Shown one piece after another: positions 1 to 9,998 of a DNA stretch of 64,000 nt (the stretch's first letter is position 1; every line of letters starts with the position of its first letter). The notes beneath the pieces are model-generated. The model did not search any database. It worked only from the letters and a program-made list of their open reading frames with translations, and was not told the DNA's origin. The stretch spans positions 576,001-640,000 of the forward strand of contig CAXXSL010000011.1 of the NCBI GenBank assembly GCA_963675525.2, given 5' to 3'. This DNA comes from Anaerohalosphaeraceae bacterium. GTDB taxonomy: Bacteria > Planctomycetota > Phycisphaerae > Sedimentisphaerales > Anaerohalosphaeraceae. The position numbers were made by a program, and so were the translations under genes.

Positions 1-602
1 CGTTTTTTTTCGCGTTCAAAATCCAGGCAAATCCCTTTGAAAACCCTGGAATCAGCAAACATTATCACTAAAATTCCCTTTCGCCATACTCACCGACTCG
101 TTTTAGATTCCGGACTTGACGAAGAAAACACGCTATCTGTTACCTTTTCGCCTTTCGCCCATCCAAACGAAATCAATGTTCTCAAAGCACTGCTTTGCAA
201 CTCGCCCACTGCAAGTTGTCCTATTAAGTTCATCGCGGAACGAATATACTACCGTTCCAGCGAGATACACACCTTCTCTCTCAAACATCGAGCTTATAGC
301 TTTATCTTACATTTTTTACAATTTTGGTCAAGGAAATTCCTCTCGCTATGTAACTCTTAAATAATTAGTATTTCTCGACCTCGATTGCATTCTTCCGAAA
401 ACTGCTGAATCTCACACATTATCGGACATGTCTGTAAAAATATCCCTCATAATTCACAATTAATGGGCTATTTTTATCCTGCTTCGTTATTTCATCTCGA
501 TAACCCGCCGATGTCTGAGTGGCTCGAATAAAGGAGCGAGTAAAGAAATAACAGGGAAAAGTGATCACTCGGCCGCTTGGCCGATACGGAGTTTATAGAA
601 GA

Positions 603-1178
603 ATGACAAAAAAAGAGGTCCTAACAACCGGGCAGGTTGCTCAGATATGTAATGTGGCCCCTCGAACCGTGACAAAATGGTTCGACAACGGCCAATTGAG
701 AGGATATCGCATCCCCGGCTCAAAAGATCGCAGAATCCCCCTAAGCGAATTGATCCGTTTCATGAAGGAGCATGATATCCCGACTGACGGGATCGAAAAA
801 GGAAAGGTTCGCATCCTGATCATTGACAGCCAGGTTGAATGTGCCGTCCGTTTTGCCGATGAACTGCAAACCAAAGGCAGCTTTGAGGTCAAATGTGCCC
901 ACAACAGCTTCGACGCCGGGCTGCTGGCCCAGAAATTCTCTCCGAATATCATCCTGATCGACCTGATGAGTCGCGATATTGACTCGCACAATCTCTGTAA
1001 TTATGTCCGCAGCAATCAGGACCTGACCGACTGCTCACTGATCGCCCTGGCCGGGGGACTCAGCGAAAAAGAAGCCCAAAATCTCCGGCAGCAGGGATTT
1101 GACGCCGTAGTAACCGATTCGACCGATATGAAACAGATACTGGGCCGTATCCAGGAATGCTGCTCGATCTTTCATTAA
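603..1178 (+). CDS. Excisionase/MerR-like HTH DNA-binding protein fused to an atypical receiver domain
   Basis: N-terminal LTTGQVAQICNVAPRTVTKWFD...GSKDRRI is an HTH_17-type motif; C-terminal REC fold (ILIIDS...ILIDLM). ATG at 603 is preferred over GTG at 561. Confidence 0.85.
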   Translation: MTKKEVLTTGQVAQICNVAPRTVTKWFDNGQLRGYRIPGSKDRRIPLSELIRFMKEHDIPTDGIEKGKVRILIIDSQVECAVRFADELQTKGSFEVKCAHNSFDAGLLAQKFSPNIILIDLMSRDIDSHNLCNYVRSNQDLTDCSLIALAGGLSEKEAQNLRQQGFDAVVTDSTDMKQILGRIQECCSIFH

Positions 1179-1193
1179 ACATCAACCGAACCG

Positions 1194-1724
1194 CTATCTC
1201 AAAATGTCCTTAAAATCGGCACAATAGTCTTTACGCTGGCAATCTGCGCAGTGGGTTCCCATCCAGACGGTATCAAACTGTTCCATGATCGCGGCGATCA
1301 TGGCCGGGTCGGTGGTGATGATGCCGGATTCGAAATTGCGGCGTTTGTCCGACTTGGCCCCCATGCCCGCCCCGGTCAGATTGGCGCTGCCGGAGTAGGC
1401 GAACACGCCGTCAACAACCACACACTTAAAATGCACCCGCGGACACAGCAGACGTTCCATGCCACCGATCAGGTTGGGGGATTTATCAAAATCCTCGCGG
1501 AATGCCTTGCCCGGTTCTTTGGCGTGGATCAGGCGAATGGACACCTGTCGTTTGACCAGATCCGAGAGAACTTTCAAAAACGGAACCATCCGCCCCTTGC
1601 TGTCAACATGCAGGTCCTTGAGATCGCTGGTACCGAGCCAGAGAAAATCATTCGCGCGCGGTACATGCTCCAGCAACACACGTTCGTAAATCTGCCTGTC
1701 GGTGATAAATTCTGTAACAGCCAT
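1194..1724 (-). CDS. Phospholipase D-like domain protein (single HKD motif)
   Basis: HFKCVVVD...SGSANLT...NFESG motif; Cys-rich tail CADCQRKDYC. Start at 1724 avoids overlap with the upstream gene. Confidence 0.8.
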   Translation of the reverse strand: MAVTEFITDRQIYERVLLEHVPRANDFLWLGTSDLKDLHVDSKGRMVPFLKVLSDLVKRQVSIRLIHAKEPGKAFREDFDKSPNLIGGMERLLCPRVHFKCVVVDGVFAYSGSANLTGAGMGAKSDKRRNFESGIITTDPAMIAAIMEQFDTVWMGTHCADCQRKDYCADFKDILR

Positions 1725-1734
1725 CGATCCGGAT

Positions 1735-2073
1735 TTATTCATTGGCCTCCAGCGCATCAATAATTTCAGGCATATGAGTGAATCCCGGCCCGCCGGACAT
1801 CATCACCGCGACCTGTGCCGCTTCGAGGATCTCCTCTTTGCTCGCTCCGGCGCCGAGACATTTTTTGACATGCAGGAAGAGACAGGGTTTGCACTGTATC
1901 GCCATCGCGATCCCCAGGGCAATCAGTTCCTTTTCACGAACGGTCAGTTTGCCTTCGCCCATGGTCTTCTGAAACAACCCGCCAAAACCGACCATCATGT
2001 TCGGAGCCATTTTTTTCATTTTTTCCGTGTCGGCTTCGAACTTCTCGTAAAATGCTTTCACTTTTTCACTCAT
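1735..2073 (-). CDS. Carboxymuconolactone decarboxylase / AhpD family protein
   Basis: REKELIALGIAMAIQCKPCLFLH with CxxC; EEILEA. Confidence 0.85.
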   Translation of the reverse strand: MSEKVKAFYEKFEADTEKMKKMAPNMMVGFGGLFQKTMGEGKLTVREKELIALGIAMAIQCKPCLFLHVKKCLGAGASKEEILEAAQVAVMMSGGPGFTHMPEIIDALEANE

Positions 2074-2141
2074 GCTTACTTTACCTTTCAATCATCAATA
2101 TTTATCTATTTAGTTGCAGTCACTGAGGCATTTTTTCTTTT

Positions 2142-3017
2142 TTAAAATTCCACGACCTGCCCGAAGGCAGCGCTGAGATTATCAATCACATCCGTTGCGA
2201 TCAGGCTGACCTGCCCGTGAATGGCCGCGGCGATGTTGCCCGCCAGACCATGAACGTACACACCCAGCACCGCCGCATCGAACAATGACAAGCCCTGCCC
2301 TGCCAGCGCCGTGACGACACCGGTTAAGACATCCCCGCTGCCCGCCGTCGCCATGCCGGGATTGCCCGACGTGTTGACATAAACCTGCTTGCCGTCGGTC
2401 ACAACCGTTCCGGCTCCTTTTAAAACAACCGTGCATTTCGTTTTTTGCGCCAATTGCGCCGCGCATTCCTGGCGATTTTCCGGCATCGGTTCTCGAAAGA
2501 CACTCTGCCACAGTCGTTTCATCTCACCCGGATGCGGCGTTAAAACGATCTCTGCTTTTTTTCTATCGAGCCAGCCGCCCGCGCCGCCGCATTGTGAAAG
2601 CACATTCAACCCGTCTGCATCGACCACCAACTTCAATCCCTCAACCGCCAGCATCGAAAGCAAAACATCACGAACACCCGCACCCGTTCCCGCACCGGGA
2701 CCAAACGCAACGACATCGTTATCCGCAAGCACCCCGTTTAAATCAACCGCCGCCTCCGAAGCCATCTGACCGTTTGCATCCTCCGGCAGAGCAATGGTTG
2801 TATAACAGGGATTGATCCCCGCGACAACCGGTTGAATGCAAGCCGGAACCGCCGCACGCACCAACCCCGCCCCGCTGCGCAAAGCCGCCAGCCCAGCCAA
2901 TGCCGGTGCCCCGCTGAACCCAACACTGCCCCCGACAATCAACACCTTGCCAAAGGTGCCTTTGTGTGAATCAACAGGACGTTTCTCAAGTTTGGGTAGT
3001 TCAGTTATTTTTTTCAT
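2142..3017 (-). CDS. nnrD: ADP-dependent NAD(P)H-hydrate dehydratase
   Basis: DSHKGTFG, GAPALAGLAALRSGAGLV, VDADGLN, TPHPGE, GNPGMATAGSGDVL. Confidence 0.93.
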   Translation of the reverse strand: MKKITELPKLEKRPVDSHKGTFGKVLIVGGSVGFSGAPALAGLAALRSGAGLVRAAVPACIQPVVAGINPCYTTIALPEDANGQMASEAAVDLNGVLADNDVVAFGPGAGTGAGVRDVLLSMLAVEGLKLVVDADGLNVLSQCGGAGGWLDRKKAEIVLTPHPGEMKRLWQSVFREPMPENRQECAAQLAQKTKCTVVLKGAGTVVTDGKQVYVNTSGNPGMATAGSGDVLTGVVTALAGQGLSLFDAAVLGVYVHGLAGNIAAAIHGQVSLIATDVIDNLSAAFGQVVEF

Positions 3018-3018
3018 G

Positions 3019-3603
3019 TTATTGTTCCAAAATGTGTTTTAAACCTGGAAATTCTCGCTCCTCTTGAGGATTTCTTTTCCGATAATCATCATTTGCTTCT
3101 TGCTTTCTATTACCATATGAAACAGAAATATAAGTTCCTCCTCCTCTCGCATCATGGTAAGAGAAAACTTTTCCCCATGTATATTTATACTCGTAAGAAT
3201 ACTTAAGAGACTTTTGTTTCTTTGGCCATTTCTCCCATCTTGAGCTATATTTTTTATGTGGTTTCCCAAGAAGTTTTTTCAGTATTTCATCATGAAAATG
3301 TTTAATCTGTGCCTCATAATCAAGTGAATAGTTCTCCCATCCCTTGGAATCAGGCGGGTACAAATCTACACTTATTTGTACATAAAGTAGAAGTTCTCCA
3401 TAAAAACATAAACTCACAAAAATAGGTTTATTCTCTAAAGTTTCCCCGTGTAAATTATAGTGAATAAAAGGCAAAGTACCGTAGTCTTTTGCTGTTGACT
3501 TTTCAAAATATTGAGTATTTTTAAATGAAGACTGAGTCAGGTTAGCATGGATTTTAAATCCACTCGTCAAAAGCACATCTCCATTGATTTTGTCAATCAG
3601 CAT
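3019..3603 (-). CDS. AT-rich hypothetical protein
   Basis: Open frame of about 195 aa that fills the gap between larB and nnrD; visibly AT-richer than its flanks. Confidence 0.7.
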   Translation of the reverse strand: MLIDKINGDVLLTSGFKIHANLTQSSFKNTQYFEKSTAKDYGTLPFIHYNLHGETLENKPIFVSLCFYGELLLYVQISVDLYPPDSKGWENYSLDYEAQIKHFHDEILKKLLGKPHKKYSSRWEKWPKKQKSLKYSYEYKYTWGKVFSYHDARGGGTYISVSYGNRKQEANDDYRKRNPQEEREFPGLKHILEQ

Positions 3604-3616
3604 AATGACTCTAATA

Positions 3617-4381
3617 TTAATTGCCTGCAATTTTCATATTAATCATACTGGCGGAATAGGCGGCGCCGAAGCCGTTGTCGATATTCACCACCGTCACGCC
3701 GGAGGCACAACTGTTCAGCATTGTCAGCAGCGCCGACAGCCCTTCAAAGCATGAGCCATAGCCCACGCTCGTCGGCACCGCGATCACTGGGCAATCCACC
3801 AGCCCGCCGACCACACTGGCCAGCGCTCCTTCCATACCCGCCACCACGATCAACACATTGGCCTTTCGAATCACTTCAAGATGCCCCAATAACCGGTGCA
3901 GTCCCGCCACACCCACATCACACACCACCTCAACCTTTTGCCCCAGCATCTGCGCCGTCACCCGCGCTTCTTCAGCCACCGGCATATCCGCTGTGCCCGC
4001 GGTCACGATCACAATATCTCCGATAGGCGATGTTAAAGGTGTTTGCTCCAGAACAATCATGCGGGCATCCCGTTCATAGCGAAGGCCTTCAAGACCGAGT
4101 ATCTTTTCAACATTCTCATACAAAGTACTCTCAGCCCGAGTCGCAATGATGTTCTGCCCGGTCGTTGCCAGCTTCTCAAAGATCCCCGCAATCTGCTCGG
4201 CCGTCTTTCCGGGGCAGTAGATCACCTCCGGAAACCCGCACCGCAGCGTGCGATGATGATCGATCTTGGCAAACCCTATATCCTCAAACGGCAGATGCCG
4301 CAGGCGTTCGGCAGCCTCATGAATATCCAGCCTTCTGTCCTGAACATCCTGAAGCAATTGTTCGATCTGCTTATAATTCAT
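3617..4381 (-). CDS. larB: Nickel pincer cofactor biosynthesis protein LarB (PurE-like)
   Basis: IDHHRTLRCGFPEVIY, TAGTADMPVAEEA, DVGVAGLHRL, AGMEGAL, VVNIDNGFGAA. Confidence 0.93.
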   Translation of the reverse strand: MNYKQIEQLLQDVQDRRLDIHEAAERLRHLPFEDIGFAKIDHHRTLRCGFPEVIYCPGKTAEQIAGIFEKLATTGQNIIATRAESTLYENVEKILGLEGLRYERDARMIVLEQTPLTSPIGDIVIVTAGTADMPVAEEARVTAQMLGQKVEVVCDVGVAGLHRLLGHLEVIRKANVLIVVAGMEGALASVVGGLVDCPVIAVPTSVGYGSCFEGLSALLTMLNSCASGVTVVNIDNGFGAAYSASMINMKIAGN

Positions 4382-4396
4382 GAATCACTCCCGCGA

Positions 4397-6361
4397 TCAT
4401 TCAACATCTAATTCCAGTACTGTCATGGAATACTCTTTAAATCGATAGGTAAACTTCGGCGAAGAAACATTAAAGGGTGCCGCTTTTGCAGGAACAATCT
4501 TTGCCGGTTCTTCGATCGTGTTTTTGTCCTGCGGTTGGCCGGACAACACCGTGCCGCCTGCATAACTGACTGTTTTTACACCTTTAAGATCAATCTCGGA
4601 GGCAATCGCTTTTCCCGAAGGATTCACAACCTTTAAGATAATTTGTTTGCCGCTGCGGCAGGCGGACACATAAAGGTTCTCGTCCTGTCCCTGTAAAGTA
4701 ACCGGCAAAACCACATCGCCCCGCTTGGTGCTGAATAACTTCTGCACGTAATAATTAGGCGTGCCGTAAACGCTCAGATTGTCAAACCAGATAAGGTCCG
4801 GTTTCCACTGCCATGCGTCAACATGAGCAAACAGCGGCGCATAAGAAGACATCGTAACAAGATCGGCGTTCCGTTCCAGTCCTGTCATAAACGCCGCTTC
4901 GGCCAGTGCACATCCCAGATTGTTTTGATTATCCGGATTGGCGACACTGCCGCTTATCGCAGCATACTCGCCGACAAACAGTTTGGGCCCATTCCGGTCA
5001 TAGTCATCATAATGGTCGGCATTTTGAACAAACCAGTCGGGTGGACGATAAAAATGCTCATCGACAATATCAGCCTTGAGCTTGCGCAGCTCGGCCCATA
5101 GATACTCCACTTCTTTGGGACCGTTGGGGAAGATCGCCGGGTCCGAACCGGTAGCGCCAATCAGCACGATGTCCGGATATTTTTCCTTGATGGCTTTGAC
5201 AAATACCTTATATCGTTCGATGTATTGCGGTCCCCATTGCTCGTTGCCGACGCCGAGAAGTTTCATATTGAACGGTTCCGGATGCCCCATCTCGGCGCGA
5301 ATGCACCCCCATTTGCTGTCAGCGGGACCGTTGGCAAATTCGATCAGGTCCAGAGCATCCTGCACATACGGCCCGAGTTTTTCGACTGCTACAGTTTCGC
5401 CTGTATTGAACTGGCATGCCATGCCGCAGTTGATAATGGGCATCGGCTCGGCGTTGACCTGTTCACTCAGGAGAAAATATTCATAGAAGCCCAGACCGAA
5501 TGATTGATAATAGTCGGGTGTTAGACGGTGTTTGAATTCCGTGTTCCATCGGTTGATGATGGTTTTGCGCTGGTTGATGTCCCCAATGGTTTTCTTCCAC
5601 TGATAACGTACACTCAGCGTCCTGCCTTCCACAATGCAGCCGCCGGGAAAACGGAGGAAGCCGGGCTTCATCGCTGCCAGCATGTCAACAAGATCTTTGC
5701 GCAGGCCCGGAATGGGCCGATCGGTCATTCTCGCTGTGTCAGCAGGAAACAACGAAACCATATCGAGATCGACCGAACCAAAAGAACCAAGGAAGACCTC
5801 CAGGTTCGCATGGCTATCGGTCGATTTAGCTTCCATTTTGCAGGTGTAATTTTTCCAGCCGCCGCTGATATTGTCGATTGTCCCTTCCATGGCTGAGCCT
5901 ACTTTAATTTTCAAGCTCATGGCAGGTTGCGGAGAAACCTGCTTTGCATAGACGGAGAACCAATAGGACTGGCCCTTTTTGATGCCCATCCCGCGAAAAC
6001 CTTCATTCCTGATGCCAAAAGGTTGTCCTTTCGAAGCAGACATCCGCAAACAACGGGGGTTTGTTTCTTCATAAGGCTGTTTGACAACAACGGCAGCCAT
6101 ACCATCCGAATCGGCGCTTAGAAGCCAATTCCAGCCCATCATGGGGTCATCGAATTCGAAAGAACGGTTTTTCACTAATTCGGCGTAAATGCCGCCGTCA
6201 GCGCCAAAATTAATGTCTTCAAAAAAGATTCCCCACATGGTTTTGGCAATGGCTGCCCCCGGCTGACCGACAGACACCGTAATTGTTGATTGAGCACTGG
6301 CCAATCCTGCAAAAAGAGCCGCCACCAGCAACACACTCATGTAACCTGATATCCATTTCAT
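4397..6361 (-). CDS. Alpha-L-arabinofuranosidase, GH51, secreted
   Basis: Signal peptide; GIFFEDIN, LRFPGGC, GNEQWG, DEHFY, VGEYA, YAPLF. Confidence 0.92.
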   Translation of the reverse strand: MKWISGYMSVLLVAALFAGLASAQSTITVSVGQPGAAIAKTMWGIFFEDINFGADGGIYAELVKNRSFEFDDPMMGWNWLLSADSDGMAAVVVKQPYEETNPRCLRMSASKGQPFGIRNEGFRGMGIKKGQSYWFSVYAKQVSPQPAMSLKIKVGSAMEGTIDNISGGWKNYTCKMEAKSTDSHANLEVFLGSFGSVDLDMVSLFPADTARMTDRPIPGLRKDLVDMLAAMKPGFLRFPGGCIVEGRTLSVRYQWKKTIGDINQRKTIINRWNTEFKHRLTPDYYQSFGLGFYEYFLLSEQVNAEPMPIINCGMACQFNTGETVAVEKLGPYVQDALDLIEFANGPADSKWGCIRAEMGHPEPFNMKLLGVGNEQWGPQYIERYKVFVKAIKEKYPDIVLIGATGSDPAIFPNGPKEVEYLWAELRKLKADIVDEHFYRPPDWFVQNADHYDDYDRNGPKLFVGEYAAISGSVANPDNQNNLGCALAEAAFMTGLERNADLVTMSSYAPLFAHVDAWQWKPDLIWFDNLSVYGTPNYYVQKLFSTKRGDVVLPVTLQGQDENLYVSACRSGKQIILKVVNPSGKAIASEIDLKGVKTVSYAGGTVLSGQPQDKNTIEEPAKIVPAKAAPFNVSSPKFTYRFKEYSMTVLELDVE

Positions 6362-6399
6362 TTGCTTTCTCCTTGAAAAAAGATCAAAAGTTTCTATTT

Positions 6400-7431
6400 T
6401 TATACTGTTGCACTGGGTTCCAAATCCAGCCCGGCAAACAGCCCGGCCTGGTATTTATAATAAGCCAGCGAGGCCACCATCACCGCGTTGTCCGTACAAT
6501 ATTTCTTCGGGGCATTCAACAGCGTCAACCCCTTGTGACGGCACATGGTTTCCATCGCATCCCGCAGGGCGCCGTTGCAGGCCACCCCGCCGCCCATCAA
6601 TACACTTTTAGCTTTGATCTGTTCGGCGGCCCGCTGTGTCTTTTTCACCAGTACCTCCACCACCGCCGCCTGAAACGACGCGGCAATATCGGCGATTTCC
6701 TGATGACTCATTGATGCGACACGATTTTCACCCTTCATATCCTGCCCCTGGCAGTGATACAGCACCGCAGTCTTGAGCCCGCTGAATGAAAAATCCAGAT
6801 TGTCCTTATCCAACAGCGACCGCGGAAAACGAATCGCCTTCGGATTGCCCTCTTTAGCGATCTTCTCAATATTCGGCCCGCCGGGATACGGCAGTCCCAA
6901 AATCGACGCCACCTTATCAAACGCCTCACCCGCCGCATCGTCAATGGTTCGGCCCAAGAGCCGCAAATCCAGCACCGACTCGGCATCGTATAAATTCGAA
7001 TGCCCGCCGGAAACGATCAACGCCACCGCGGGCAACTCAACCGATTCGGCCTCCAGCATCGCCGACTGCAAGTGCGCATGCACATGATTGACCGCCACCA
7101 ACGGCTTATCCCACATAAACGCCAGCGTCTTGGCCGCCGTCACACCCACCATCAGCGCAATCGTCAATCCCGGCTGATTCGCAACAGCCACTGCGTCAAT
7201 CTCCGCCGGCGAAATCTGCGACTGGGCAAGCGCCTCTTCGACAATCGGCAGAATCTGCTCCACATGGGCCCGCGAGGCAATCTCCGGCACAACCCCGCCG
7301 AATTTTTCATGCAGTTTTGTCTGTGAGGCCACCACGGACGAACGAACCACCTTGCCATCGGTCACAACCGCCGCCGCCGTCTCATCGCAACTGGTCTCGA
7401 TCCCCAGGATCGTTACTTGTTTTTCACTCAA
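6400..7431 (-). CDS. tsaD: tRNA N6-adenosine threonylcarbamoyltransferase
   Basis: ILGIETSCDET, VVPEIASRAH, HVHAH, VSGGH, DDAAGEAFDK, TDNAVM. TTG start at 7431 is likely; the ORF extends to 7479. Confidence 0.96.
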   Translation of the reverse strand: MSEKQVTILGIETSCDETAAAVVTDGKVVRSSVVASQTKLHEKFGGVVPEIASRAHVEQILPIVEEALAQSQISPAEIDAVAVANQPGLTIALMVGVTAAKTLAFMWDKPLVAVNHVHAHLQSAMLEAESVELPAVALIVSGGHSNLYDAESVLDLRLLGRTIDDAAGEAFDKVASILGLPYPGGPNIEKIAKEGNPKAIRFPRSLLDKDNLDFSFSGLKTAVLYHCQGQDMKGENRVASMSHQEIADIAASFQAAVVEVLVKKTQRAAEQIKAKSVLMGGGVACNGALRDAMETMCRHKGLTLLNAPKKYCTDNAVMVASLAYYKYQAGLFAGLDLEPSATV

Positions 7432-7593
7432 AACCTTATCTCCCGTGTTCGTTTTCCCATAGATTAGCCCCCCATCCAAAAAGTGTCAACAGAATTGATG
7501 TTTTCGGAATTTCGGCTAATCCTTGACCTAATTCCGGATTTCGGTTACGATGAGCCCGTTATTACATAAACAGACCTTGTAAAGTGACCGACG

Positions 7594-8748
7594 ATGACGG
7601 CAGGAAACCCCAGTGACGACATAGCGTTTGAGTACATCGATACGGCAGAAAAACTGCACTGTCTGACAGATGCGCTGCAATCGGTTGATGAGGTCGCGCT
7701 GGACACCGAGGCGGACAGCTTTCACCACTACCAGCCTAAAATATGCCTCATCCAAGTCACGTTTAACCGCAAACACTTCATTATCGACCCGCTTGTTGAT
7801 CTGGATTTATCCGGTTTCCTGAAAAGCCTGGCACACAAAAAACTCATCCTTCACGATGCGGGGTATGACCTTCGGCTGCTGTTTTCCGATTTTGGATTCA
7901 AACCCAAAGCCGAGGTCTTCGATACGATGCTGGGCGCATCGCTGGCCGGTCTGAAAAATGTTGGCCTGTCGGGGTTGCTGAATCTGCTGTTTGACAAAAA
8001 TCCCGCTAAGCAAAATCAGAAAGCCGACTGGTCCAAACGTCCCCTGTCGGCAAAACAGTTGCAGTATGCCGCTGAAGACACGGCTTATTTATTCGAGATC
8101 AAAAACTACTTGCTGGCCGAACTAATGCGACTGAACCGCCTGGACTGGCACGTTGAAACCTGCCAGTGGGCCGTCCGTGCCGCCTACAGTTCAAAGGATG
8201 AACCCGACCCGGATCGCCAGTGGCGCATCAAAGGTACCGCCAAGTGCTCGCCGAAAGAAATGGCTTTTCTCAAGCAGATATGGTGCTGGCGTGAAGAGAT
8301 TGCACGAACGACCAATATCGCTCCGTTTATGATCTGCCGGAACGAGGAAATGATCAAGTTGGCTCTCTGGGCGGCCCATCGCAAAAAGCCGATCGAAGCG
8401 AACACCAAACTCCCGATCCGCTGTCAAAGCCGATACAAAAAAACATTGCTGACTGCACTATTGACCGCTTGGGATATTCCCGAGGATCAGTGGCCCGACA
8501 AAGTCAGATCGGACCGCTCCAAACGCCTGTCGGACAGGACACTCAAGGTCGTTAATGAACTCAAGACCGAATGTGAAACAATCGCCGCAGACCTGGACCT
8601 TGCCCCTCAACTGCTTGCTTCCCGTATGGCCCTGACACGCATCGTCCTCAATAACGCAACCACCCTCGAACAGATCCAGAAAAAACGGATACTGATGAAC
8701 TGGCAGACCAACCTCCTCCTGCCCGCTATAAAAAAAGTCCTGGAATAA
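7594..8748 (+). CDS. rnd: Ribonuclease D-like 3'-5' exonuclease with HRDC domain
   Basis: DTEAD, QKADWSKRPL, YAAED (DEDDy); WREEIA...FMI HRDC region. Confidence 0.85.
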   Translation: MTAGNPSDDIAFEYIDTAEKLHCLTDALQSVDEVALDTEADSFHHYQPKICLIQVTFNRKHFIIDPLVDLDLSGFLKSLAHKKLILHDAGYDLRLLFSDFGFKPKAEVFDTMLGASLAGLKNVGLSGLLNLLFDKNPAKQNQKADWSKRPLSAKQLQYAAEDTAYLFEIKNYLLAELMRLNRLDWHVETCQWAVRAAYSSKDEPDPDRQWRIKGTAKCSPKEMAFLKQIWCWREEIARTTNIAPFMICRNEEMIKLALWAAHRKKPIEANTKLPIRCQSRYKKTLLTALLTAWDIPEDQWPDKVRSDRSKRLSDRTLKVVNELKTECETIAADLDLAPQLLASRMALTRIVLNNATTLEQIQKKRILMNWQTNLLLPAIKKVLE

Positions 8749-8899
8749 TAGCATTAAATACCTAAAATGCTTGTTTCGGATATCGATAATAAGAAATGTA
8801 ATTTTTTTGTTGCATTAAACACCCGGGATGATTCGTTAACCAAAGAGAAAAGATGCGTTTAACATACTTAATGTTATGTTCATTTAGGAGAAACATAAG

Positions 8900-9925
8900 A
8901 TGAGACCGAACACATTTCTGACAGGCGCTGTAATTATCTCAATCGTGTCATTGCTGGTAATTCCAGCCCTCGCTGCTGAGCCCAAAGACCCTGCCGCCGG
9001 CGACTGGCTGCTGAATTCAGACTTTAACGGGCGGCCCGTATACTCCCTGTTGTTGCTTTCAAAAGACAAGGAAAACAATTACCAGGGCAGTTGGGTCAGT
9101 TTCTGGGGCATCAATACCGTTGATAATCTGAAAATCGAAGACGGTAAAATTACGTTTACACAGACCAATCGTTTTCGGGACCAGGAAATGATACTCACCT
9201 TTACGGGAACTCTCAAAGACGGTAAACTGACCGGAACGATGAGCAGCGATGAATGGGATAGTGATTTTGAGGGAGGTCGCATTGCACCCCTTCCGCCGAT
9301 TGTCGGCATATGGGAATTTCGACGGCAGCGACAGGACACCGAGTACGTTTCCACATTGACCATCAGCGCCGACAAAAACGGAAAATTCACCGCCGACTGG
9401 CAAAGCGAACGGGGCACATGGGAAATATCCGATGTGAAATATGAAGACGAAAAACTGACATTCGCACGGAAAAGCACCGATCCTGAGCGACAGCGGGAAA
9501 CGACTTATGCACTGACCGCTAAGGACGATACGATTTCGGGCACAATGACTTCCTCACGCGGCGAACGCCAAACCGAAGGCAAACGACTCCATAGCGAACT
9601 GATCGGCAAATGGGAACTGACACTGACCTCCGATTTCGGTGACCGCAAGCAGCTTTTGTGGGTGCGGCCGGACCTGACCGCACTTTACGGTTCGACCGAA
9701 GTCGGCAAGATAACCGTTGAAGACGGAAAGGTCAGCTTCGATTACGAAATGTCATTCGGTGACCGCAGCTTTGAAAACGCATTCAAAGGCCAGCTTGAAA
9801 CGGGTGCCCTGACCGGCGAGATGACCAATTCGCGGGGAACGCAGCAGGTCAAAGGCAAAAAGATGACTCCGGCCAAAAAGACAACAATGAAAGAACCTAC
9901 AACAAAGCCCCAAACGGCTCAGTAA
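8900..9925 (+). CDS. Secreted hypothetical protein with three internal beta-rich repeats
   Basis: AGGAG RBS and signal peptide; repeats AGDW/VGIW/IGKW...(E)DGK(I/V)xF...L/ISGTM. Confidence 0.75.
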   Translation: MRPNTFLTGAVIISIVSLLVIPALAAEPKDPAAGDWLLNSDFNGRPVYSLLLLSKDKENNYQGSWVSFWGINTVDNLKIEDGKITFTQTNRFRDQEMILTFTGTLKDGKLTGTMSSDEWDSDFEGGRIAPLPPIVGIWEFRRQRQDTEYVSTLTISADKNGKFTADWQSERGTWEISDVKYEDEKLTFARKSTDPERQRETTYALTAKDDTISGTMTSSRGERQTEGKRLHSELIGKWELTLTSDFGDRKQLLWVRPDLTALYGSTEVGKITVEDGKVSFDYEMSFGDRSFENAFKGQLETGALTGEMTNSRGTQQVKGKKMTPAKKTTMKEPTTKPQTAQ

Positions 9926-9941
9926 TACAACGCCAAACAAC

Positions 9942-9978
9942 AAAAAGCCTGCCGGATTTACCCCGGCAGGCTTTTTTT
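9942..9978. terminator. Bidirectional intrinsic terminator
   Basis: AAAAAGCCTGCCGG-loop-CCGGCAGGCTTTTTTT between convergent genes. Confidence 0.85.
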
Positions 9979-9998
9979 ATAATGATGTATCATCCGTT

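Noticed and set aside
1..400. ORFs 37-360 and 116-364, and several short hairpins
   Set aside because: No RBS or protein motifs; the hairpins match no riboswitch I can recognise, and context is cut by the window edge.
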